From NCBI GenBank assembly GCA_965223795.1, contig CBDCXL010000002.1, forward strand, positions 1,632,001 through 1,696,000: a stretch of 64,000 nucleotides of DNA, given 5' to 3'. A program made the translations under genes and the position numbers. The notes under the pieces were generated by a model, which saw nothing but the letters and a program-made list of their open reading frames with translations, had not been told where the DNA came from and did no database searches. Positions 1 through 9,082 of the stretch are shown piece by piece (position 1 is the stretch's first letter; each line of letters starts with the position of its first letter). This stretch comes from Nitrospinales bacterium (GTDB lineage Bacteria > Nitrospinota > Nitrospinia > Nitrospinales > VA-1).

Positions 1-303
1 GATATGAATCTGGACGTTGTCCGGCTGTTTTTTGAGCACGGAGTTGAAAGCGGCTTCGGCCTGGTCGTATTGTTTGAGGCCGAAATGAACCAGTCCTAAT
101 TTTCTTTGGGCCTTGTGATTTTCAGGATTGTGCTTGAGAGCGAGCTTGAATTCTTCCAGTGAATTTTTATACAGGGCGTGTTTGGCAAAATCCAATCCCA
201 GCCGGTAGTGCTTATCGGACTGCGCGGGATTGATCGACATGTCGCTGGCAGTGCAGGCAGCGATGAAAAGGGCAAGCAGAGGAAGGAGGCGGGTCGGTTT
301 CAT
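1..303 (-). CDS. TPR-repeat lipoprotein (partial, runs off the left edge)
   Basis: My translation from ATG at 303: MKPTRLLPLLALFIAAC (lipobox-like), then TPR-like helices HYRLGLDFAKHALYKNSLEEFKLALKHNPENHKAQRKLGLVHFGLKQYDQAEAAF. Not in the ORF track because it is truncated. Confidence 0.8.
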   Translation of the reverse strand, partial: MKPTRLLPLLALFIAACTASDMSINPAQSDKHYRLGLDFAKHALYKNSLEEFKLALKHNPENHKAQRKLGLVHFGLKQYDQAEAAFNSVLKKQPDNVQIHI

Positions 304-324
304 GATTCAGTCCTTTGAAAGTTG

Positions 325-357
325 AAAAAAAAGGGGCCAACCGTCTTGGTTGGCCCC
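325..357 (-). terminator. Intrinsic terminator after the secreted paralog pair
   Basis: Perfect 10-bp stem ggggccaacc/ggttggcccc with a 5-nt loop, followed on the minus strand by T8, just after the stop at 383. Confidence 0.85.
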
Positions 358-382
358 TGTAAAACATCAAGCTAAAGAAACA

Positions 383-1039
383 TCAGTTGATACCGCGGCC
401 GGCACCGGTGTAGTCGTTGTCAGCATCTGGCGCAATGCCAATACCGGTAGAAGTTCCGCCCAGAGTGGAATCGTGCGCATCGCCGATGAATTCCATGGCG
501 AATCCGGTGCCGCTGGAGGGGATGAAAACGACGCCCCACATATTGAGCTGCGCCAGGTTGTTGTATTTTCGCACGCCCCCGACGGAAGTGGGGTTGTCCG
601 GGTCTTCGTTGATACCCACGACACGCACGTTACCGAACTGGGCCGAATCGACGACGGTGATGAGATGCGTCCTGGAGTCGGTGAAATTGGAATTGCTGGC
701 ATTGATGGAAGAGTTCGACTGATCGACGATAAAAATGCGGTGGGTTTCGCCGGCGTCGATGGTCATGGTGGCGGAACGTCCCGCAGCGTTATTGGGGACG
801 GTGGTCATGTCCAGAACTTCCAGAACCACGCCGATCTGAGTCAGTGCGGTGTCCAGAGATGGATGACTGATCCCGATGAACGTGTAACTGTCGTTGGGCA
901 CCACCTGAGCGTAGGGTGAAATGGCAACCCGGCTGCTGTCTGTAGTATCCGGCGCCGATAATATCTGAGCCTGTGAGGTTTGGGCCGTGACCGCAAACCC
1001 CATCAGGGTGAGCAAGCTAACAATGAAAAATTTTTTCAT
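383..1039 (-). CDS. Secreted hypothetical protein, paralog A (predicted beta-rich)
   Basis: Sec signal MKKFFIVSLLTLMGFAVTAQTSQA and strong RBS (TAAGGAG). Shares HPSL, QIGV and TGFAMEFIGDxHDS with the neighbouring ORF. Confidence 0.85.
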   Translation of the reverse strand: MKKFFIVSLLTLMGFAVTAQTSQAQILSAPDTTDSSRVAISPYAQVVPNDSYTFIGISHPSLDTALTQIGVVLEVLDMTTVPNNAAGRSATMTIDAGETHRIFIVDQSNSSINASNSNFTDSRTHLITVVDSAQFGNVRVVGINEDPDNPTSVGGVRKYNNLAQLNMWGVVFIPSSGTGFAMEFIGDAHDSTLGGTSTGIGIAPDADNDYTGAGRGIN

Positions 1040-1111
1040 CTGTCGTTCTCCTTATCCTTAATATATGCAGCGAGACGCATATTTTTTGTTTGGTTTCGTT
1101 CCACTCCGGCC

Positions 1112-1708
1112 TTACGGTGCGCCCACGCCACTGACATTGGTTGTCACGTGGTTGGCTGATGTTGCGAGACTGTCATGTGTATCGCCAATGAATTCCATGG
1201 CGAAACCGGTTGTGTTGGTTTCGATCACAACCGCACCCCAAAAGGAAAGCATTGTTACATCGGGGAACCCGTCCCCATCGTTTCCCGTAAAGGTTTTGAC
1301 ATTCGGATTTGTGGACACCGGGTCGAATCGCACATGACCGTGCTGAAAATCCGTGCTACCCGAGATGAAGTTGGCGGTGGAAATGCTGGTGGGGTTGATG
1401 GTGGAATCGTTGGTTCCGACGATGAACACGCGTTCGGTGCTGCCCGCGGATACCGTGAAGCTTGTTGAAGTTCCAAAGGTCGACTGATCCTTTTGAATTG
1501 CAGTCACCGTCACCCCGATCTGGGACGCCATACCGGACAGCGAAGGGTGCGTCACGGCGATGAAAGAATAAGAGGTGCTGTCAGACTGCCAATAAGGTGA
1601 GACGACACGACTTTTGTTTTCTATGGCAAAAGCATTTTCCGCGATCATCGCTAAGAGAACCATTAGCGCGAGGGCCGGGAAAATCCGCATGGTGTGCTTT
1701 GTTTTCAT
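1112..1708 (-). CDS. Secreted hypothetical protein, paralog B (predicted beta-rich)
   Basis: Signal peptide ending ENAFA, RBS AGGAG, and the same motif series as 383..1039. Confidence 0.85.
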   Translation of the reverse strand: MKTKHTMRIFPALALMVLLAMIAENAFAIENKSRVVSPYWQSDSTSYSFIAVTHPSLSGMASQIGVTVTAIQKDQSTFGTSTSFTVSAGSTERVFIVGTNDSTINPTSISTANFISGSTDFQHGHVRFDPVSTNPNVKTFTGNDGDGFPDVTMLSFWGAVVIETNTTGFAMEFIGDTHDSLATSANHVTTNVSGVGAP

Positions 1709-2067
1709 TATGTTTTGCTCCTATATATTCAAAGTGAAATTGGTTGCATATTTTGGCGTTCAATGCGTTTTCGGATGTCGGCCTTCACCTCCTTCCATTT
1801 TGGTTTGTCACTTATGCATCCTGAACCGGCTTTGAAATCTGATTCTCAAAAAGCCGGAAGATATCTATTTTATATTGAGTTATTTTTATACTCCGGTTGT
1901 ATATTTTGATTAAATTTGGTTAAATTTAAATATTAACATTATATTATAGTATAAATCTTAACGGTTTTTCCTGAAATTATTGAATTTTCGGGGATTGGTG
2001 CTCTTGTGACGAAAGGGTGACCGTGATTGAGGCTTGAAATACAGCAGGACACAACCCACCATTAGTG

Positions 2068-2094
2068 GTATCGGAAGAGTTGTTGTTTTCTTGA
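2068..2094 (-). promoter_or_regulatory. sigma28 (FliA)-like promoter facing the secreted paralog pair
   Basis: Minus strand reads TCAA-N15-TCCGATAC; the sigma28 consensus is TAAA-N15-GCCGATAA, with the same spacing. Confidence 0.6.
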
Positions 2095-2231
2095 GCATTA
2101 GTAATTCAATTCCGGTAATTCAAGAGAATGGAAATTCATCAAAACCCGCAAGGTTTTATTGTGAAATTTATCGTTTTTTGATATAATTTTTATTATCAAA
2201 AAGTTCCTAACTTAATGAAAGTTAAATAGTT

Positions 2232-3026
2232 ATGAGAAATGTTCGGTCCAGGAAACCTTGGCAGATTCTCCGGTATGGCCTGTTTTGTACGCTGGCATTG
2301 GCGGGTCTTTTGACCGGTTGCGCGACCGACGATGGAGTTATGAACAAGCAGACTCTGGCCCAGGACAAGTTTCAGGAAGGGCTGGAGCAGGGCGCTTTGA
2401 ACAACCGCCAGGAAATGATCGCGCGTTTTCAGGAGGCGGTGGACCTGGATCCGCAAAACGACCGCTACCGGCTTCATCTGGGCACGGCATATTTTCTTGC
2501 CGGGGATCTTGAGCGCTCGGAAAAGGAACTTCAGCACACACTTAAAATCAACAAGAATTCGAAGGATGCGTACCGTCAACTGGGCCGGCTCTACATGCAG
2601 AAAGAGGACTGGCAGCGTGCCGTGCAGTATTTCAATGAGGACTTGAAGCGGCCCGGAACCCCGCTGCCACACCGGGTCTACAATTGGCTGGCATTGAGCC
2701 ATTACAATCAGGGGAATTTCGATGATGCGGAAAAAGTCTGGCTCAAGGCGCTCGACCTTAAAGACAACGCCGCCATCCGTCTGAACCTGGCGCTGGCCTA
2801 TAAGGACCGGGAAAAATTTGATGAAGCCCTGACTTCACTGAAAACGGCGGTCGCTCTCAACCCTAAATTTCCACAGGCGCATTTTGAGTTGTCGCAGTTG
2901 CTCATGCGCAACAAACAAATGGACGAAGCCGTCAAACATCTCAATGAGGTGATTCGTCTGGCCCCCGGCAGCGAGTGGGCCAGGCTTTCGAAGGAATATC
3001 TGGAACTGATTCGAGGATCTCAATAA
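2232..3026 (+). CDS. TPR lipoprotein, PilW/PilF pilotin-like
   Basis: Lipobox LLTGC and multiple TPRs; directly upstream of a rodZ-like gene, as in the common pilF-rodZ arrangement. Confidence 0.75.
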   Translation: MRNVRSRKPWQILRYGLFCTLALAGLLTGCATDDGVMNKQTLAQDKFQEGLEQGALNNRQEMIARFQEAVDLDPQNDRYRLHLGTAYFLAGDLERSEKELQHTLKINKNSKDAYRQLGRLYMQKEDWQRAVQYFNEDLKRPGTPLPHRVYNWLALSHYNQGNFDDAEKVWLKALDLKDNAAIRLNLALAYKDREKFDEALTSLKTAVALNPKFPQAHFELSQLLMRNKQMDEAVKHLNEVIRLAPGSEWARLSKEYLELIRGSQ

Positions 3027-3031
3027 GCGTC

Positions 3032-4432
3032 ATGGTAGACAACTTTGGTCAATTTCTAAAGCACGAACGCGAGTTGCGTGGCGTCCCTCTTGAGGAGATC
3101 GCCGGCGCGACCAAAATTCACATCCGGTTTTTGCGGGCGTTGGAGGACAATCAGTTCGATACGCTGCCCGGGGAAGTCTTTATCAAGGGCTACCTCCGCT
3201 CTTACGCGAAAGCAATCGGTTATGACGCCCAGGACCTGCTGCGGGCTTACGACAGCTATATGGGCAAAAACCCCCCCGAGAAACAGACCGTAGCGTCCTC
3301 TCCCGCTAGCGGGAGCAAGAAACGGGTGCCGCTTCCGTGGGCGGTCGGCGGAGCCCTGGCCGCAGGCGCGGTGTTGGCGTTTGCCCTGTTTGGAGACTTT
3401 GGCGGCGACGGTGAGGAGACAGCGAATACGAGCCCACCTGCCGTTCTGGCGGAAAGCACCTCGGTGGATGCCGACCCACCGCCTCCTGTCGTGACGCTCA
3501 AGGAAAAAATTCTGGCAACCGTCGATGAAGAGCAGGACCTGCCGCCGAAAATAGAAGCTTCTGAAGACGCTTCAAAGGTGAATACGGAATCGAAGGAAAA
3601 ATCGGAATCATCCAAGGTAAAACCAGAAACTTCCAAGGCAAAACCGGCGGCCCCTGTGGCCAGCGCGGTGAAACCCGAAAAAAAAGTCAGCGCGGAACCG
3701 AAGAAAAACGAAGCATCGCCCAAGCCGGAATCGAGCGAGAAAAAAAAGCTGAAAACCCAGGAAGCAAAACCGGAAAAACCTAAAACACAGACCACCGCAA
3801 AAAATACCGAGGCTCCAAAACCTCAGAAGAGAGAGAAACCGGCACCGGAAAACAAACCGGAGAGCAAGCCCGATGAGGTGGAAACCGCGGCGCTCACGCC
3901 CCCGCAAAAACCCCGCTCGATTCGCCAGGCCGAAGAAAAAGTACAGGCTCCGGTCAAGAATCCGGCCTCGCCGCCGCCATCCAGCCAGGCCGCAACCGAA
4001 TCCTCTGTGAAAACGGCGGTGGCGTCTCCCGAGGAGAAAACCGCCCCTCCACAAACACCGATAGAATCGCAAGTAAGTGAAAAAAATTCCGATTCAGAGG
4101 AAAAAGAGGTTATAATTCAATCTGTTGCAGAAAAATTCACCGCCGGGGCGGCGATCGTGCAAGCTCCGGATATTGAGGATAAAGCCCTGCATCTGATGAT
4201 CCAGGTTCAGGGCAATTCGTGGTTCAACCTGGCGGTGGACGGCAAGCCGGAGGAGGATTTCATCCTTCCTGGGGGAACTTCTAAAAGCTTTTACGGGGAC
4301 GATAAGTTCCGTGTGACGATCGGCAACCGGCGCGGGACGCAGTTGTTTCTGAACGGTCAGGCGCTGGATATCCCTACGAGTCAGGGGGATGTCGTGCGGG
4401 ATTTTGAGATCACATCCCAATTCCTGGAATGA
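3032..4432 (+). CDS. rodZ: RodZ-like cytoskeletal membrane protein (HTH, TM, long linker, DUF4115-like C-terminus)
   Basis: N-terminal FGQFLKHERELRGVPLEEIA..TKIHIRFLRALE..LPGEVFIKGYLRSYA; single TM; K/P/E-rich linker; C-terminal SW..IGN...LFLNGQ. Start moved to ATG 3032. Confidence 0.8.
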   Translation: MVDNFGQFLKHERELRGVPLEEIAGATKIHIRFLRALEDNQFDTLPGEVFIKGYLRSYAKAIGYDAQDLLRAYDSYMGKNPPEKQTVASSPASGSKKRVPLPWAVGGALAAGAVLAFALFGDFGGDGEETANTSPPAVLAESTSVDADPPPPVVTLKEKILATVDEEQDLPPKIEASEDASKVNTESKEKSESSKVKPETSKAKPAAPVASAVKPEKKVSAEPKKNEASPKPESSEKKKLKTQEAKPEKPKTQTTAKNTEAPKPQKREKPAPENKPESKPDEVETAALTPPQKPRSIRQAEEKVQAPVKNPASPPPSSQAATESSVKTAVASPEEKTAPPQTPIESQVSEKNSDSEEKEVIIQSVAEKFTAGAAIVQAPDIEDKALHLMIQVQGNSWFNLAVDGKPEEDFILPGGTSKSFYGDDKFRVTIGNRRGTQLFLNGQALDIPTSQGDVVRDFEITSQFLE

Positions 4433-4435
4433 GAC

Positions 4436-5509
4436 ATGGCAAAAATCGACGCTTTCTTCAAGTTGATGAATGAGCAGGGCGCCTCGGACCTGCATCTGGT
4501 CGCCGGTTCGCAGCCGGTGCTCAGGGTGCATGGGGACATGGAGCGGGTCAAGTACAAGGTTTTCAGCAACGACGATTTGAAATCCATGCTCTACGAGATC
4601 GCTCCGGAAGACAAGATCAAGCTGTTCGAGGAGACCGGGGACATCGACTTTGCGTATGAGATTCCCAACCTGGCCCGTTACCGCGCCAATTACTTTCAAC
4701 AGAAATGGGGAATCGGGGCGGTGTTTCGGGAAATCCCGAGTGAGATCCTCACCGCCGAACAACTGGGCCTGCCTTCGGTCATCACCAAACTTTCCATGCT
4801 GCACAAGGGCATGGTGCTGGTCACGGGTCCCACGGGGTCGGGTAAATCCACCACGCTGGCCTCGATGATCGATTACATCAATAAGAACAAAAAAAGCCAC
4901 ATCATCACCATCGAAGATCCGGTGGAGTTCGTGCACAAAAACCAGAGCTGCATCATCAACCACCGGGAAGTCGGCATTCACACGCAGGGATTCAAATCCG
5001 CGCTCAGGGGGGCGCTGCGTGAGGACCCGGATATCATCCTGGTCGGTGAGATGCGCGATCTGGAAACGATCGAGCTGGCTTTGGAGGCGGCTTCGACGGG
5101 ACATCTGGTGTTCGGCACCCTCCATACTCAGAGCGCGGCCAAGACCATCGACCGTGTGATCGACGTGTTCCCGGCGCATCAGCAGCCGCAGATCCGGACC
5201 ACGCTGTCGGAAACCCTCAAAGGGGTTGTGGCGCAGAACCTGTTCAAGCGGGTCGACAAGAAGGGCCGGATGGCGGTGCTGGAGGTTCTGGTCGTGACGC
5301 CCGCGGTTTCGAACCTGATCCGGGAGGGCAAGACGTTTCAGATTCCTTCCGCGATTCAGACCGGAAAGAAATACGGCATGCAGTCGATCGACGACGCCAT
5401 CCTGGAAGCCTTGAATGGAAAAAAGATCAGCGCCGAAGACGCTTACGAGAAATCGATCGTGAAAGAGCGGTTCATTCCGTTTTTGAAGAAAACTCCGGAA
5501 TTCATTTAA
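4436..5509 (+). CDS. pilT: Type IV pilus retraction ATPase PilT
   Basis: GASDLHL, Walker A GPTGSGKST, TIEDPVE, ALREDPDIILVGEMRD, TGHLVFGTLHT, AVSNLIRE. Confidence 0.93.
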   Translation: MAKIDAFFKLMNEQGASDLHLVAGSQPVLRVHGDMERVKYKVFSNDDLKSMLYEIAPEDKIKLFEETGDIDFAYEIPNLARYRANYFQQKWGIGAVFREIPSEILTAEQLGLPSVITKLSMLHKGMVLVTGPTGSGKSTTLASMIDYINKNKKSHIITIEDPVEFVHKNQSCIINHREVGIHTQGFKSALRGALREDPDIILVGEMRDLETIELALEAASTGHLVFGTLHTQSAAKTIDRVIDVFPAHQQPQIRTTLSETLKGVVAQNLFKRVDKKGRMAVLEVLVVTPAVSNLIREGKTFQIPSAIQTGKKYGMQSIDDAILEALNGKKISAEDAYEKSIVKERFIPFLKKTPEFI

Positions 5510-5521
5510 AGCGGTCTCACT

Positions 5522-6691
5522 ATGAAAAAGGCAGAAATCGACCATATCCTGACCTCGATGCTGGAATCGTACAGCAACATTTCCGATCTCAACATCACGT
5601 CCGGCAAATCCTTTCAGGTGGAATCTTCCGGGCAATTGACCGACGTTCCACTGGTGCCGCCGATTCCCGAGATCACTCCGTTTCAGGCGGAGGTGTTCGC
5701 GCTGAATCTCATCAATTCCGACCGCAGGCTGACGGAAACGCTGATCCGCGAAGGGTCCTGCGACTGTTCCTATTTTCTGGTGGGCAAAGTGCGGTTCCGT
5801 GTGAATATTTTTTCACAGCGGGGCAACTACAGCATCGTGATGCGAAAACTGGAAACGCGCATTCCAACCATCGAGGACCTCAATCATCCGCCGCAGTTTG
5901 CCAGGGCGGCGGAAGAAAAGAACGGATTGATTCTGGTGACCGGCGCCACGGGATCGGGTAAAACCACCACGCTGGCCGCACTGCTCAACAAGATCAATGC
6001 GGAAAAATCGATCCACATCATCACTCTGGAAGATCCGGTGGAATTCGTCCATCCGCACAAGAAGGCGACGTTCAACCAGCGCGAGCTGGGCAGCGATTAC
6101 GATGAGTTTTCCACGGGACTCCGGGCCGCGCTGAGGCAGGCGCCCAAAGTCATTCTGGTCGGTGAGATGCGTGACCGGGAAACGGTCGAAATCGGCATGA
6201 GCGCCGCGGAAACCGGCCACCTTGTGATGAGCACGCTGCACACGGTCGATGCGGGACAGACGATCAACCGCATCGTCGGCATGTTTCCCAAGGAAGAGGA
6301 GCAGCAGATCCGCATCCGGCTCGCCGATTCGATACGCTGGATCATCTCGCAACGGCTGCTGCCGAAAGTCGGTGGAGGCAGGATCGCGCTGCTGGAAATC
6401 ATGTCCACCAGTCTGCGCGTGAAGGACACCATCGTCAACGGCGAGTCGGAGGGCAAAACGTTCTACGAAATCATCACGCAGGGCAAGCCTTACGGCATGT
6501 GGACCTTCGATCAGCATATTCTGACTCTTTACAAAGAAGGCAAGATCACAGAAGAGACCGCCATGGCCTACGCATCCAGAAAGGCCATCGTCGGACGCGG
6601 CATCGACACGCTGAAAGCTTCGAAAGGCGAGAAGACCACCGATATCGAAGCGCTTGCGATGGATGAAGATTACGAAGCTCAGGTGCAATGA
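5522..6691 (+). CDS. Second PilT/PilU-family ATPase
   Basis: GATGSGKTT, TLEDPVE, ALRQAPKVILVGEMRD, AETGHLVMSTLHT. Confidence 0.9.
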   Translation: MKKAEIDHILTSMLESYSNISDLNITSGKSFQVESSGQLTDVPLVPPIPEITPFQAEVFALNLINSDRRLTETLIREGSCDCSYFLVGKVRFRVNIFSQRGNYSIVMRKLETRIPTIEDLNHPPQFARAAEEKNGLILVTGATGSGKTTTLAALLNKINAEKSIHIITLEDPVEFVHPHKKATFNQRELGSDYDEFSTGLRAALRQAPKVILVGEMRDRETVEIGMSAAETGHLVMSTLHTVDAGQTINRIVGMFPKEEEQQIRIRLADSIRWIISQRLLPKVGGGRIALLEIMSTSLRVKDTIVNGESEGKTFYEIITQGKPYGMWTFDQHILTLYKEGKITEETAMAYASRKAIVGRGIDTLKASKGEKTTDIEALAMDEDYEAQVQ

Positions 6692-6715
6692 CCTGAGTCC
6701 GATTGAGGAGACGCG

Positions 6716-7414
6716 ATGATTGTAAAATGCACCGGGTGCGAGCAGGGCATCAACATTCCCGATGACAAAATGCCCAGGGGTAAGGCGTTTTTCATTTCCT
6801 GCCCGGGCTGCCGGGCAAAGGTGCGGGTCGAACCGCCTGAACCGGAGCCTGAAGAGACGCTCGATATTTCCGTAGAATCGCAGCCGGAAGCGGAGCCGGC
6901 CACACCGCAGGTGGTTGAAGAGGCTCCGGGCCTCATACTGACCTCGGAGTTCGATGACGACGAGGAAGAGCTCGTCATTTACGATGAAAACGATCAACTG
7001 GCCCTGATTCTTGATGACAAAAACCGGGCGGCCTGGGCCGATGCGCTGGAGGAACGCGGTTTCAAAATGCAGACCGCGAAATCCCCGGATCATGCGGTTC
7101 ATAAAATGAAATTCACGATGTATCACGTTGTGGTGCTGCACGAAAATTTCGGCAACGTTCCGTTTCAAAGCAGCCCGGTTTACAAGATTCTGGTGCAGAT
7201 GGAGATGTCGATGCGCCGAAATATTTTTTTCGTCCTGATCGGGTCGCAATTCAAGACTTTGAACAATATGGAAGCGTACGCTCACAGCGTGAATGTTGTG
7301 ATCAATGAAAAGGATCTGGATAAACTGCCTCAGATCATCAAAAAATCGTTTTTGGAATATGAGGCTCTTTACAAGGTATTCAAGGAATCCTTGCACGCAA
7401 TGGGGAAAGCATGA
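6716..7414 (+). CDS. Zinc-ribbon (MJ0042-like) protein with degenerate receiver-like domain
   Basis: MIVKCTGC...ISCPGC zinc ribbon, acidic linker, and a receiver-like C-terminus (ALILDD...YHVVVLHE). Confidence 0.7.
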   Translation: MIVKCTGCEQGINIPDDKMPRGKAFFISCPGCRAKVRVEPPEPEPEETLDISVESQPEAEPATPQVVEEAPGLILTSEFDDDEEELVIYDENDQLALILDDKNRAAWADALEERGFKMQTAKSPDHAVHKMKFTMYHVVVLHENFGNVPFQSSPVYKILVQMEMSMRRNIFFVLIGSQFKTLNNMEAYAHSVNVVINEKDLDKLPQIIKKSFLEYEALYKVFKESLHAMGKA

Positions 7415-7821
7415 ACCTGCTTAAGGAAGCATCGATTGTCCAGCGTTTTTCCAACGGGGACGTCATCATTTCTGAAGGCATCATCAGCAACAATGCCTAT
7501 ATCGTGCTGTCGGGAAAAGTCCGCATCACCAAGAAAATCGACAATAAGACCGTGGTGATCGGAACTTTGAGCGATGGCAACGTGTTCGGAGAGATGGGAC
7601 TGATCTCCAATGCCGTGCGCAGTGCTTCTGTGACTGCGGTGGGGGAAGTGACGGTGGGTTTCATCGATAAGGAAAAATTCGGTCAGATTCTCGCCAGTCT
7701 GCCGGACGACCTGCGCGCGATCATCGAAGCGCTGGTGCATCGATTGCGCAGCACCACCGAGATGCTTACGAAAATCGGGTCCGAACTGGAGAACACCCGA
7801 AAAAGCCTCAAACCGATGTGA
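7411..7821 (+). CDS. Stand-alone cyclic nucleotide-binding domain protein
   Basis: GDVIISEG..AYIVLSGKVRI..GNVFGEMGLI...RSASV cNMP-binding cassette; no HTH. Confidence 0.88.
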   Translation: MNLLKEASIVQRFSNGDVIISEGIISNNAYIVLSGKVRITKKIDNKTVVIGTLSDGNVFGEMGLISNAVRSASVTAVGEVTVGFIDKEKFGQILASLPDDLRAIIEALVHRLRSTTEMLTKIGSELENTRKSLKPM

Positions 7822-7853
7822 TTTGACTTCATACCGATATAAAGGAACTTCCC

Positions 7854-9053
7854 GTGCCAACCTTTACTTACAAAACAAAAATCAAAGGCCAGATCAAAAA
7901 GGGTGTCGTCGACGCAGAGGACGAGAAAGCGGCGCTCGCGAAGCTCAAGGCGCAGAACATCCGCGTCACTTCCGTGAGCAAAAAAGCGGGCGACATCGTC
8001 TTGTTTGGCTCCAAAGGCAAAAAAATCACGGGACGCGATATCGTCATCTTCACACGGCAGTTTTCCACGATGGTGGATGCGGGGCTTCCTCTGGTTCAAT
8101 GTCTGGACATTCTCGGCAAGCAGACTGAAAATAAAACGCTGGGGGATGTGGTCCTGCAGGTCAAGAATAACATCGAGAAGGGCAGCGACCTTTCCGATTC
8201 GATGCGCAAACACCCCAAGGTGTTCGACAACCTTTACTGCAACCTGGTGGAGGCGGGAGAGGCCGGCGGTATTCTCGATACGATCCTGAAGCGGCTGGCG
8301 GAGTACATCGAAAAAGCCGAGAGTCTCAAGAAAAAAGTCAAATCCGCCATGGTGTATCCGGGAGTCATCATTACGGTCGCCGTGGGCGTTGTGGCCTTCC
8401 TGATGATTTTCGTCATACCCGCATTCGCCTCGCTGTTCAACAACAGCGGCGCGGACCTTCCCGGCCCCACACAGATCGTCATGGATGTCAGTCACTTGTT
8501 TCGAACCAAGTGGTATTACATGCTGGGCGGTTTGCTGGCTTTTATTTTCCTGTTCAAAAAGATCTATTCCACGGAACGGGGACGCTTTGAAATCGACCGC
8601 ATTGCCTTGAAACTGCCGGTCGTGGGCATGCTGATCCGAAAAGTATCGGTGGCCAAATTCACGCGTACTTTGGGAACGCTGATCGCAAGCGGCGTTCCTC
8701 TGATCGAGGGGCTGGAAATCTGCGCCCGCACCTCCGGCAACAAGATCGTGGAACGCGCCGTGTTCAACACCATCGAAGCCATCAAGGAAGGCGAAAGCAT
8801 CGCTGCGCCATTGTCCCGCGAATCTATTTTCCCGCCCATGGTGATCCAGATGATCGACGTCGGTGAAAATTCGGGATCCCTGGACGCCATGTGTACCAAA
8901 ATTGCGGATTTCTACGATGAAGAGGTGGATGCGGCGGTGGCTGCGTTGACCTCTCTGCTCGAGCCCATGCTGATGGTGTTTCTGGGACTCGTGGTCGGTT
9001 TCATCGTCGTCGCCATGTACCTTCCCATTTTCAAAATGGGTGAGGCGATCTGA
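7854..9053 (+). CDS. pilC: Type IV pilus platform protein PilC (GspF family)
   Basis: FTRQFSTMVDAGLPL, EAGEAGGILD, VKSAMVYP, EPMLMVFLG..VAMYLPIF. Confidence 0.93.
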   Translation: MPTFTYKTKIKGQIKKGVVDAEDEKAALAKLKAQNIRVTSVSKKAGDIVLFGSKGKKITGRDIVIFTRQFSTMVDAGLPLVQCLDILGKQTENKTLGDVVLQVKNNIEKGSDLSDSMRKHPKVFDNLYCNLVEAGEAGGILDTILKRLAEYIEKAESLKKKVKSAMVYPGVIITVAVGVVAFLMIFVIPAFASLFNNSGADLPGPTQIVMDVSHLFRTKWYYMLGGLLAFIFLFKKIYSTERGRFEIDRIALKLPVVGMLIRKVSVAKFTRTLGTLIASGVPLIEGLEICARTSGNKIVERAVFNTIEAIKEGESIAAPLSRESIFPPMVIQMIDVGENSGSLDAMCTKIADFYDEEVDAAVAALTSLLEPMLMVFLGLVVGFIVVAMYLPIFKMGEAI

Positions 9054-9082
9054 GGTCTCCGGAGGGCACAAAGCTCCAGGAG

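Noticed and set aside
4094..9071. Long minus-strand ORFs (513, 527 and 462 aa) opposite pilT/pilC, and similar ones elsewhere such as 26078..27646 and 53005..54627
   Set aside because: Antisense shadows of well-supported genes in GC-rich DNA, with no recognisable motifs.
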